Shown: in pieces, positions 1 through 11,168 of the stretch
How positions within the stretch are numbered: position 1 is the first letter of the stretch
How the letters are laid out: the number at the start of each line of letters is the position of its first letter
Assembly: GCA_030390025.1 (NCBI GenBank)
Contig: CM059431.1
Coordinates: forward strand, 142,912,001-142,976,000
From: Squalus acanthias
Lineage: Eukaryota
Length of the DNA: 64,000 bases
Reading direction: 5' to 3'
Notes under the pieces: model-generated
Database searches by the model: none
What the model was told of the DNA's origin: nothing
Seen by the model: only the letters and a program-made list of their open reading frames with translations
Program-made: the position numbers and the translations under genes

Positions 1-10
1 TTTGTAACAG

Positions 11-413
11 GTGCAGCTTTGTCCCCCAGCTTCTGATCACATCCTGCGACAATCAAACACCTGCTGCTCTGAAAACCTTTCAGGACTCCGGCATTCCCTT
101 TCCCAGAGATGGCGAGGGCGACCCCATCCACTTCAAATTCAACTTTTCCGGCTTGTTCGCTGCCAACTTCTGGCCTGACCCCACAGGCAAGGACAGTGGA
201 GAGGGGGATGTGGGGTCGGGACCCGGGGTGAGAGGAATCGGGGGGAGTGGGACCACAGCCGGGGGCAGGGGTGAAGCCGATGGATGGAACTACAACCTGA
301 ATAGGCTGCTCTGGGAAATGAACAACGACAGCCTGAAGAGGTTACTTGAGGAATTAGACAGCTCAGAGACTCGGAACTTGACATGGATTGAAGACAATGA
401 TGAGGATGGTTAG
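11..413 (+). CDS. Possible terminal coding exon of an unidentified gene entering from upstream
   Basis: Acceptor-like TTTGTAACAG at 1-10; frame open from 12 to TAG at 411-413 (CSFVPQLLITSC...IHFKFNFSGLFAANFWPD...LNRLLWEMNNDSLKRLLEELD...); non-repetitive, GC-rich; family not recognised. Confidence 0.35.
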
Positions 414-434
414 GACCGGCAGGAGAGCGGGGGG

Positions 435-880
435 CGGGGTGCTGAAAGGGTTAAGTTACGAGGCTAGCTTGCAGAGACTCGACTTGTTTTCCCTCGAGTA
501 TATTACATTAAGGGGTAATCTTATCGAGGTGTTTAAGATGATTAAAGGATTCGATAGGGTAGATGGAGAGAAACTATTTCCTCTGGTGGGGAAGTCTAGA
601 ACAAGGGGGCATCACCTTAAAATTAGAGCCAGGCCGTTCAAGGGTCATGTCAGGTAGGAATTCTTCACACAAAGGCGGGTGGAAATCTGCAACTCTCTTC
701 CCCAAAAAACTGTTGAGGTTGGGGTCAATTGCAAATTTCAAAACTAAGATTGATAATTTTTTGTTGGGTAAGGGTGTTAAGCGTTATCGAACCAAGGCAG
801 GTTAATGGGGTTGGGATACAGATTAGCCATGATCTAACTGAATGGAGGCACAGACTCGAGGGGCTGAATGGCCTTCTCCA
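435..880 (+). mobile_element. CR1 LINE 3' fragment
   Basis: LSYEASLQRLDLFSLE..LRGNLIEVFKMIKGFDRVD..LFPL..SRTRGH (CR1 ORF2 C-terminus) followed by the CR1-type 3' UTR. Confidence 0.9.
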
Positions 881-2382
881 GTTCGTTTGTAATAGGCTCG
901 AGGAGGCTGAATGGCTTCCTCCTGTTCCTTTGTAACAGATTCGAGCGGCTGACCGGCCTCCTCCTGTTACTTTGTAACAGATTCGAGTGGCTGAACGGCT
1001 TCCTCCTGTTCCTGTGTAACAGGCTCGAGGGGCTGAATGGCCTCCTCCTGTTCCTTTGTAACAGACTCGAGGGGCTGAATGGCCTCCGCCTGTTCCTGTG
1101 TAACAGGCTCGATGGGCTGAATGGCCTCCTCCTTTTCCCTTGTAGCAGACTCGAGTAGCTGAACGGCCTCCTCCTGTTCCTGTGTAACGTGCTCGAGGGG
1201 CTGAATGGCCTCCTCCTGTTCCTGTATAACAGGCTCGAGGGGCTGAATGGCCTCCTCCTGTTACTTTGTACCAGGCTCGAGGGCCTGAATGACCTCCTCC
1301 TGTTCCTGTGTATCAGGCGCGAGGGAGCTGAATGGCCGCCTCTTTTTCCTGTGTAACAGGCTCGAGGGGCTGAATGGGATTCACCCTTTTCCTGTGTAAC
1401 AGGCTCGAGGGGCTGAATGGCCTCCTCCTGCTCCTGTGTAACGGGCTAGAAGGGCTGAAAATGGCCTTCTCCTGTTCCTGTGTAACATGCTCGAGGGGCT
1501 GAATGGCCTCCTCCTGTTCCTGTGTAACAGGCTCGAGGGGCTGAATGGCCTCCTCCTTTTTCTGTGTAAAGACTCGAGGGGCTGAATGGTCTCCTCCTGC
1601 TCCTGTGTAATGGGCTAGAAGGGCTGAAAATGGCCTCCTCCTGTTCCTGTGTAACAGGCTCGAAGGGCTGAATGGACTCCTCCTGTTCCTGTGTAACAGG
1701 CTCGAGGGGCTGAATGGCCTCCTCCTTTTCCTGTGTAAAGACTCGAGGGGCTGAATGGTCTCCTCCTGCTCCTGTGTAATGGGCTAGAAGGGCTGAATAG
1801 CCTCCTCCTGTTCCTGTGTAACAGGCTCGAGGGGCTGAATGGACTCCTCCTGTTCCTGTGTAACAGGCTCGAGCGGCTGAATGGCCTCCTCCTGTTCCTG
1901 TGTAACGGGCTAGAGGGGCTGAATGGGATTCCTCCTTTTCCTGTGTAACAGGCTCGAGGGGCTGAATGGTCTCCTCCTGTTCCTGTGTAACAGGATCGAG
2001 CGGCTGAATGGGATTTCTCCTTTTCCTGTGCAACAGGCTCGAGGGGCTGAATTGTCTCCTCCTGTTCCTGTGTAACAGGATCGAGCGGCTGAATGGGATT
2101 TCTCCTTTTCCTGTGTAACAGGCTAGAGAGGCTGAATGGCGTCCTCCTGTTCCTGTGTAACAGGCTAGAGGGGCTGAATGGTCTCCTCCTGTTCCTGTTT
2201 AACGGGCTAGAGGGGCTGAATGGCCTCCACCTGTTCCTGTGTAACAGGATCGAGGTGCTGAATGGACTCCTACTGCTCCTGTGTAACAGGCTCGAGGGGC
2301 TGAATGGACTCCTTCTGTTCCTGTGTAACAGGCTCGAGGGGCTGAATGGACTCCTCCAGTTCCTATGTAAAAGGCTCGAGGA
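851..2382 (+). repeat. 42-bp minisatellite (~36 copies) derived from the CR1 3' tail
   Basis: Unit GGCTCGAGGGGCTGAATGGCCTCCTCCTGTTCCTGTGTAACA; contiguous with, and similar to, the CR1 tail (compare 6305-6340). Confidence 0.95.
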
Positions 2383-2819
2383 GGTTGTAAAAATTTGAAA
2401 AACAAAGGAGTTATTAAAAAGGAAACAGATAACGTTTCGAGGACAGACGTGATAAGGGAAGGTACGTGACCTGGGGCTTGGGCCTTGGTACAAAATGGTA
2501 AACATGGGCAGTTTACTAAAGGGGAGCTATCATGTTAAGTCAGGTGACAGAATAAATCCAATCAAGGGAGAAGAGGCAGATTCAAGTTTATTAAGGAGGC
2601 AAGGATCATATAAAAACAAACATTTGGTGCTTCGAATAGTTAGTGCAGTGCGGTTATAGTGAAGTGCATGTTTACACATCCGTACTCGTATCTGTTTAAT
2701 CTCCTCTGCTTGTAAAGTGCTTTGCATAGTGACTGAAGAAATAAAGGCATTGGACCTGAAGCAACAATTATTTTGGTTATTACTCAAGTAAAGAGACAAT
2801 GTGGTTCTCTTCACCTCCA

Positions 2820-3125
2820 TCAATCTCAGCCTTGAATACACTCAACGACTGAGCCTCCACAAACCTCTGGGGTAGAGAATTCTAAAGATTCATAACCTTC
2901 TCTGAGTAAAGAAATTCCTCCTCAACTTGGTCCTAAATGACAGACCCCTTATCCTGAGACTATGCCCCTTAGTTCTAGACACTCCAGCATGGGGAAACAA
3001 CCTTTCAGCATCTACCCTGTCAATCCCGCTCAGAATCTTGTATGTTTCAATAAGATCACCTCTCATTCTTCTAAACTGCAGAGAGTATCGGCCCATTCTA
3101 CACAAACTCTCAACATGGGACAGCC
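2820..3125 (-). mobile_element. CR1 LINE ORF2 3' fragment
   Basis: FRRMRGDLIETYKILSGIDRVDAERLFP..SRTKGHSLRIRG on the minus strand. Confidence 0.9.
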
Positions 3126-3127
3126 CT

Positions 3128-3322
3128 ATGAGGCAGGACATCAATGAAAGAAAACGAAGGAACCAGCCCACATGAAGCTGCTCTTACAGCACCTGCTAGT
3201 TCAAGTTCTGTTGCTAAGTTATTTCGCAAAGTTGCGGCAACAGTGTTGTGAGAATGACCTTCTTTGCAGAACGTACCGTTAGACATAATCACAGTTTGAG
3301 GTCAGTGGACTGTGCTTATATT
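3128..3322 (+). mobile_element. Possible decayed hAT-like transposase fragment
   Basis: Across frameshifts: RQDINE..HEAALTAPASSSSVAKLFRK..TVRHNHSLRSVDC, resembling from memory the HTVKHNxSFRSMDC segment of some hAT transposases. Confidence 0.35.
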
Positions 3323-3326
3323 CATC

Positions 3327-5090
3327 GAGTCATACGGAAACAGAAGGAGGCCATTCGCCCCATCGATTCCGTGCCGGCTATCTGCAGTGCAATCCAGTCA
3401 GTCCCATTCCCCCGCTCTATCCCCGTAGCCCTTCAAGGTTATTTCCCTCAAGTGCCTATCCAATCTCCCCTTGAAAACATTAAGTGTCTCTGTTTCCACC
3501 ACTTCTGTCGGCAGCGAATTCCAGGTCATCACCACTCGCTGCGTAAAAATGGCCCAGAAATTTGACTCGGAGGCTTGCCGCGGGGGTAAGGATCGCGCGC
3601 GATCTTACCTACCGTGCCTGCCGTTGTGTTTCGGGCCCACAGGAACTTCGGGTCCTGGGCCTCTCCCTGGTGCCGGCGCGCAGTGTGTGCGTGTCCCTGA
3701 TGGCGTAGTTAGTGCGATGCGACCTCTGGGATCACGTGGGCCATGGAGAGCCAATGGCAGCAGACTATCTTTCATTCATAGATTTGACAGGAGACCTGTC
3801 AAATCTATGAATATAAATTGCCCCCAAAAAGAGCAGCTAAACCTCAAATAAATTAAAAAAACACCATCAGATTAATAAAATAACTATAGTTAAATAAATC
3901 CACCACATTAAACAAAAATTTAAATTTTTGAAAAAATTTAAATTCTTTTTAAAAGTTATAAACTTACCTTTCTTTAAAGTCTGTAAAAAAGATAAACCTG
4001 TTGAAAATTTTTTAAATTATACTTAATTAACTACTTACCTTGTTAATAGGGGGTCTTACGCCTCCTTTTTTCATGTGTAAATTCTTCCATACTTACCCTC
4101 GCGTTGAAACCTGAAAAAAAACCTATTTGCGCTGCGTGCACACGCGGTTCACCTAGGAACCGCCCCCTCGCCATACCGGAAGTGCCGGTTTCCCGCGCAT
4201 GCGCAGTGCATGCAGGAAACCGGCACTTCAGGAGGCCTTGTGGGTGAGTACACAGTGCGTACTCACCCGGCAAGTGCCGAAGTTTTGGCACAATGTTTTT
4301 CCTCACATCCCTCCTGTATTTCTTGCCCAAAATCTTAATTCTGTGTCCCCTGGTCCTTTTACCATCAACTAGTGCGAACAGCCTTCCCCGTCTAGCCTAT
4401 CCAAACCCGTCATAATCTTGTTCACCTCTATCAAATCACCCCTCAATCTGCTTTGTTTTAATTAAAACAATTCCAGCTTCTCCAAGCTGTACTTCTAGCT
4501 AAGATCCCGCATCCCCGGAACCATTCTGGTAAATCTCCTTTTCACCCTCTCAAGGGCCTTCATATCCTTCCTAAAGTTGGGTGAACAGAACTGGACGCAA
4601 TACTCCAGTTGTGGCCCAACCAGTGCTTTTATAAAGGTTCAGCATAACTTATTTACTTCTGTACTCAATACCTCTATTTATGAAGCCCAAGATCTCATAT
4701 GCTTTCTAAACCACTCTCTCAATATGTCCTGCCACATTCAGGGAACTATGAACATTAACTCCCAGGTCCCTCTGTCCCTGCACACACTTTAACACTGTGC
4801 CATTAAGTGTATATTGCCTCTCCCTGTTCCTTCTGCCAAAATCACCTCACATTTCTCAGTATTAAATTCCATCTGCCACTTCTCTGCCCATTCTCCTAGC
4901 CTTTCCATGTCCTGTTGCAGTCGATTGGTATCATCATCTATGTTTGCCACACCCCCAAGTTTGGTGTCTTCGGCAAATTTAGAAATTCTACTCTGTATTC
5001 CAATATCCAGGTCATTAATATATATATCAAAAAAGCAGTGGCCCCAGCACTGACCCTTGGGTAACACCGCTGTCTACCAGAACTGAAAGA
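3327..5090 (-). mobile_element. 5'-truncated CR1 LINE interrupted by a MITE (3551-4291)
   Basis: RT motifs IYINDLD..ISKFAEDTKLGG..WQMEFNTEKCEV; 3' tail near 3327-3420. Confidence 0.9.
3551..4291. mobile_element. Non-autonomous MITE-like DNA transposon, copy 1 (probably PIF/Harbinger)
   Basis: Imperfect TIRs GGCCCAGAAATT / AAGTTTTGGCAC; TSD AAT at 3548-3550 and 4292-4294 restores the host CR1; homologous copies at 24866, 41450, 42350. Confidence 0.8.
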
Positions 5091-5107
5091 TGACCGATAT
5101 GTGTCAC

Positions 5108-6356
5108 TGGCATGCTTGACTAATCTACTGGAATGTTTTGAGGATGTAAAATAGATAAGGGGGAACCAGTGGATGTGGTGTTTTTGGACTTTCAGAAGGC
5201 TTTCGATAAGGTCCCACATAAGAGATTAGCGTGTAAAGTTAAGGCACATGGGATTGGGGGCAAGGTATTGACTTGGATAGAGAACTGGTTGGCAGACAGA
5301 AAGCAAAGAGTTGGAATCAATGGGTCTTTTTCCGAGTGGCAGGCAGTGACTAGTGGGGTACCGCAGCGCTCGGTCCTAGGACCCCAGCTATTAGCAATAT
5401 ATATTAATGATCTAGACGAGGGAATTGGATGTAATATCTCCAAGTTTGCAGATGTCACAAAGCTGGGTGGGAGTGTGTGCCTTGAGGAGGATGCCGAGAA
5501 ACTCCAGGATGATTTGGAAAGGTTGGGTAATTGGGCAGAAGCATGGCAGATCCAATATAAAGTGGATAAATGCGAGGTTATCCACTTTGGTGTCAAAAAC
5601 AGGAAGGCAGATTATTATATGAATGGCAATAGATTGGGAGAAGGGGAATTGCAACAAGACCTGGGTGTCCTTGTGCACCAGTCGCTGAAGGTAAGCATGC
5701 AGGTGTAGCAGGCGGTTAAGAAGGCAAATGGTATGTTGGCCTTCGTAGCGAAAGGGTACGAGTAAAGGAACAAGGATGTCTTGCTGCAGTTGTACAGGGC
5801 CTTGGTGAGACCACATCTTGAGTATTGTGTGCAGTTTTGGTCGCCTTATCAGAGGAAGGATGTTCTTACCATGGAGGGAGTGCAGCGAAGATTCACCAGG
5901 CTGATACCTGGGATGGCAGGAATGACATATGAGGAGAGATTGGGTCGATTGGGCTTAGTTTGGAGTTTAGAAGAATGAAACATATAAAATTCTGAAAGGA
6001 CTGGACAGATTAGATGCAGGAAGGATGTTCCCGATGGCCGGCGTGTCCAGAACCAGGGGTCACAGTCTAATGATAAGGGGTAAGACATTTAGGAATGAGA
6101 CGAGGAGGAATTTCTTCACCCAGAGAGTGGTGAACCTGTGGAATTCTCTACCACAGAAGGCAGTAGAGACCAATTCATTAAATATATTCAAGACGGAGTT
6201 TGATATATTTCTTAAAGCTAAAGGGATCAAGGGATATGGGGAGAAGGCAGGGACAGGGTACTGAATTTGTTTGATCAGCCATGATCTCATTGAATGGCAG
6301 AGCAGGCTCGAGGGGCTGAATGGCCTGCTCCTGCTCCTATCTTCTATGTTTCTATG
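5108..6356 (+). mobile_element. 5'-truncated CR1 LINE (RT to 3' tail)
   Basis: DVVFLDFQKAFDKVPH, GVPQRSVLGP, SKFADVTKLGG, RPHLEYCVQFWSP; tail TTCTATGTTTCTATG. Confidence 0.95.
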
Positions 6357-6689
6357 ATGCATCGAATAGCGGTCGTGGAAAGTTCCTTCCTGTCTTGTTT
6401 GACTTTTTCAATACTTGTGAAGGCCGTACGGGTGTGCAAACTAAATTCGTGGCTTGTGTCGAACTCAGAACTTATTGAGATAATAAACGTGTGGAATCGA
6501 AAGTGAGCTTGTGGCAGTGTCAGCAGACAGCACAACGCAGACTTTGGCGGCCGACACAGTCATGGGAGAGAAACCGAGCACAGCAAGTGAAGGCGAGCTT
6601 ACAAAGGGAATTGGTAGGTTTTTGATGCCCTGCTCCCATCGTGCACAACTGTGCCCGAACTGCAAGGGATGCAATCCGGTGAGAAAGAA

Positions 6690-8715
6690 AGACGGGACGG
6701 GCCCCATCGGGCCAGGTCCAGTGTCATGGCGAACGGAATAACTAGGGCAGTAGAAAGGGCTTTAAACCAATGAAGGGTGGGGGAGGGGGGGAGGATTCAG
6801 TAAATTTAAAAGCAGTGATATGTCGAGGCTCTGGAGCAGAGTAGAATTTTGGGTAAAAATAAGCAGAATGGTTCAGGAAGGGACAGAGAGAGTAACAAAG
6901 GTAATAAGGCATCAGTGACTAAGTTGACATCAGGGAAAGAGAAATAAGCCAAAGCTAAAGTCACAATATCTGAATGCACGAAGCATTCACAACAAAATAG
7001 ATGAATTAATAGCGCAGATTGAAATGAACAGGTTTGATCTAATAGCTATAACAGACACGTGGTGGCAAAGTGGCCAAGGTTGGTAACTAAATATTCCAGG
7101 ATACTTAACTTTTAGAAGAGATAGGCAAAATGGAAAAGGAGGAGGGTTAGCACTGATAATAAAGAATGGGATAAAGACATTAGAGGGAACTGACATTTGC
7201 TCCGAAAAACAAGAAGTAGAATCAGTTTGGGTGGATCTAAAACAGCACAGGGCAGAAAATATTGTTGGGAGTTGCTTATAGGCCCCCAAACAATAGTTAT
7301 AATGAAGGGCTGAGTATAAACTAAGAAATTAGAGGCGCATATAACAAGGGTAATACAGTAATCATGGGGCACGTTAATCTACATATAGACTGGATTTGAG
7401 TATAAGAGTAAAGACGTCTTCCTGCAATTATATAGGGCCTTTGTGAGACCACACCTAGGGGGAAAACTTCTGCTGCTTTGCGCGTCCCGTTAGAGGACGC
7501 TAACGGGGTGGAAAGCAACGAGCGCCCGGGCTCGGCGCCATTAACGCTTCTCGCGAAATTAACTGGAGGTTAATGGCGGCTGCAGTCTGTAGCGCCCCAC
7601 GGCACTGCGCCTAAAACGATGATTTCTTCACCGTGTGCCGCACCCCGGCCGCAAACTTTGCTCGCGCCCCCTGCCCGACCGCTTACACTAGGTCGGACAA
7701 GGTCAGGGGGGGCGTTTGTTCGGCCAGGGCGGAGCAAGTTAAAGTGCAGGTGCCGGGTGGCCATTTGTTTTGGTGCCGCCTGCCGGCACCTGTCCCCTCT
7801 GGCCCCCTCCTCTTGAGTGCCGGGCTCTTTTGCCGGCACCTCGCTCCCTGGGGCTCCAGCAGAGCCCCGGTGTGCGTTGCACTAGGTCCCTCTCCTTTAA
7901 TCAGGGAATGGAGGCCTGCTGTACCGCGGCACTACGTGCCGACGCGCTTAGCACTGCTGCATGTAAGGCCGTGATATTCAATGCTTGCGCCCTAAGATGG
8001 AGGGGAACGCTTCCAGTAGCGCCCGCCTCCTGCTTGGGGTGCTACCATTCAATTTCGGGCACGGGCACGCTAACTTTTTCGGGGGACTGAAAGAAGCACC
8101 CGGTGAAGTTAGCGGCTCGAAGGGGGTGCGACGCAATCCTCCTCCCCCCCCCCCCCCCCCCCGGAGTATTGTGTACAGTTTTGGTCTCCTTACCTAAGGA
8201 AGGATATACTTGCAATAGAGGGAGTGCAACGAAGGTTGATCAGACTGGTTCCTGGGATGGGGGATTGTCCTATGAGGAGAGATTGAGCAGACTAGCTCTA
8301 GATTCTCTAGAGTTTCGAAGAATGAGAGGTGATCTCATTGAAACATGTAAAATTCTTACAGGGCTTGACCGGGTAGATGAAGGGAGGATGTTTCCCCGGG
8401 AGGGGGAGCCTAGAACCAGGGGTCACAGTCTCAGAATAAGCGGTCGGCCATTTAGGACTGAGATGAGGACACATTTCTTCACTCAGAGGGTGGCGAATCT
8501 TTGGAATTCTCTACCCCAGAGAGCTGTGGAGGCTCAGTCGTTGAGTATATTCAAAACAGAGATCGACAGATTTTTGAATATTAAGGGAATCAAGGGCTAT
8601 GGGGATAGTTGAGGAAAGTGGAGATGAGGTAGAAGATCAGCTATGATCTTCTTGAATGGCGGAGCAGGCTCGATGGGCCAATGGCATAGTCCTGCTCCTA
8701 TTTCTTATGTTCCTA
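6690..8715 (+). mobile_element. Internally deleted CR1 (ORF1 end, endonuclease, RT C-terminus, tail) with nested GC-rich insertion
   Basis: Endonuclease-type LNARSIHNKIDEL near 6970; jump to RT C-terminus near 7400; GACCACACCT...GGAGTATTGTGTACAG split by the 7458-8162 insert. Confidence 0.8.
7458..8162. mobile_element. GC-rich non-coding insertion, probable non-autonomous DNA transposon
   Basis: Interrupts the CR1 RPHLEYC motif; begins with a G-run and ends in a C-run; CpG-rich. Confidence 0.55.
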
Positions 8716-10217
8716 AAGAAATAATTGCATTTCTGCAGTGCCTTTCACGACCACCGGAATTCCCAAAGTGCTTTACAGCCAATGAAGTATTTCTTTGAAG
8801 TGGAGTCACTGTTGTAATGTAGGAAACGCGGCAGCCAATCTGCGCACAGTAAGCTCCCACAAACAGCAGTGTGATAATGAACAGATCACCTGCTTTTGTT
8901 CTGTTGGTTCAGGGAAAAATATTGGCCAGACACTGGAGAGAACTCCCCTACTCTTCTTCAAAATTATGCCACGAGAACTTTTACGTTCACCTGACAGAGC
9001 AGACGGGGCCTCGGTTTAACGTCTCATCCAAAAGACGCCACATCCGACAGTGCAGACACCCTCAGTACAGCCACTCCAAAAGTGCGGCATTCCCTCAGCA
9101 CTGCTCCTCCAACAGTGCAGCATTCCCTCAGTATTGTCCCTTGGACAGTGCAGCGCTCCCTCAGTACTGACCCTCCAACAATGTAGCACTCCCTCCGTGC
9201 TGCTCCTCCGAGAGTGCAGCGCTCCCTCAGTACTGACCCTCCAACAATGTAGCTCTCCCTCCGTGCTGCTCCTCCGAGAGTGCAGCACTCCCTCAGTACT
9301 GACCATCACACGATTCAGCGCTCCCTCAGTACTGGCCCTCCAACAGTGCAGCACTCCATCAGTACTGCCCCTCCGACAGTGCAGCACTCACTCAGTACTG
9401 GCCCTCCAACAGTGTAGCGCTCCCTCAGTACTGCCCCTCCGACAGTGTAGCGCTCCCTCAGTACTGCCCCTCCGACAGTGTAGTGCTCCCTCAGTACTGC
9501 CCCTCCAACAGTGCAGCGCTCCCTCAGTACTGCCCCTTCCACAGTGCAGCGCTCGCTCAGTACTGACACCGCCGACAATGCAGCGCTCCCTCAGTCTGCC
9601 CCTCCAGCAGGCAGAGCTCCCGCAGTAATGCCCCTCCGAGAGTAAAGCGCTCCCTCAGTATTGACCCTCCAACAGTTCAGCGCTCCCTCAGTACTGGCCC
9701 TCCGAGAGTGCAGCACTCCCTCAGTACTATCCCTTCGACAGTGCAGCGCTTCCTCAGTATTGCCCTTCCATCATTGCAGCGCTCCCTCATTAATGCCCCT
9801 CTGGCAGTGCAGCTCTCCCTCAGTACTACCCTTCCGTCATTGCAGCGAACTCTCAGCACTGCCACTCTGACAGTGCAGCGCTCCCTCAGTACAGCCCCTC
9901 CGACAGTGCAGCATTTCCTCAGTATTGTCCCTTGGACAGTGCAGCGGTCGCTCAGCACTACCTCTCCGAGAGTGCAGACCACCAGCAGTACATTCCCTCC
10001 CACAATGCAGCGCTCCCTCAGTTCTGTTCCTTCGATAATGCGGCGCTCCCTCAGTACTGTCCTTCCAACCATTGCAGCGCTCCCTCAGTACTGCCCCTCC
10101 GACAGTGCAGCGCACCCTCAGTACTGCCCCTCCGACAGTGCAGCGCTTCCTCAGTACTGGCCCTCTGACAGTGCAGCGCTCTCAGTACTGCCATTCCATC
10201 AGAGCAGCGCTCCCTCA

Positions 10218-10815
10218 TTCTTCTTCTTAGGCAATCCCTCGGAGCCGAGGATGACTTGCTTCCATAGCAAAAATGAGTTCTCATATGACTGATGAGTCCA
10301 ATGCGGGACCTACAGTCTCTGTCACAGGTGGGGCAGACGGTGGTTGAAGGTGGGGTGGGTGTGCTGCTTCGGTTGATGTGCGCTCCTTGCGCTTCTTGTG
10401 CTTGGCTTCCGCTTGCTCCCTTTGAAGAGACTCGAGGTGTTCGGCATCTTCCCGGATGCTTCTCCTTCACTTTGTGTGGTCTTTGTCCAGGGATTACCAG
10501 GTGTCAGTGGGGATGTTGCACTTTTTCAAGGATGCTTTGAGGGTGTTCTTGAAGCGTTTCCTCTGCCCACCTGGGGCTCTCTTGCCGTGTCGGAGCTCCG
10601 AGTAGCGCGCTTGTTTTGGGAGTCTCGTATCGGGCATGTGGACAATGTGACCCGTCCATTGGAGCTGATCAATCGTAGTCAAAGCTTCGATGCTGGGGAT
10701 GTTGGCCTGAGCGAAAAAACTGACATTGGTTCGCCTATCCTGCCAATGGATTTGCAGGATCTTGCGGAGGCAGCGTTTGTGGTAGCTCCCCAGTGCTTTG
10801 ATGTGCCTGCTGTAC
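10218..10815 (-). mobile_element. RTE-clade LINE 3' fragment
   Basis: RCLRKILQIHWQDRRTN..LQWTGHIVHMPDTRLPKQ..GKRAPGGQRKRFKNTLK, C-terminal CPTCDRDCRSRIGLISHMRTH, (AAG)n tail. Confidence 0.9.
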
Positions 10816-11168
10816 ATACATAGATACATAGATACATAGAAGATAGGAGCAGGATTAGGCCATCCGGCCCTTCGAGCCTGCTCCGCCATTTAATGAGATC
10901 ATGGCTGATCCTCCAATTCAGTATCCCGTCCCCGCCTTCTCTCCGTAACCCTTAACCCCTTTTGCCTGTAGAAATATATCTAATTCCCTCTTAAATATAT
11001 TTAATGAGCTGGTGTACACTGCCCTCTGTGGCAATGAGTTCCACAGGTTCACCACCCTCTGAGTGAAGAAATTCCCCCTCATTTCTGTCCTAAATGGTTT
11101 AGCCCTTATCCTTAAATTATGTCCTCTAGTTCTGTTCTCACCCGCCAAAGGAAACATTCCTTCTGCAT
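10815..11168 (-). mobile_element. CR1 3' fragment
   Basis: MFPLAGENRTRGHNLRIRAKPFRTEMRGNFFTQRVVNLWNSLP; (CTATGTAT)n-type tail. Confidence 0.9.

Noticed and set aside
868..2505. Long ORFs up to 296 aa
   Set aside because: Artefacts of the 42-bp (14-codon) array; open in several frames on both strands.
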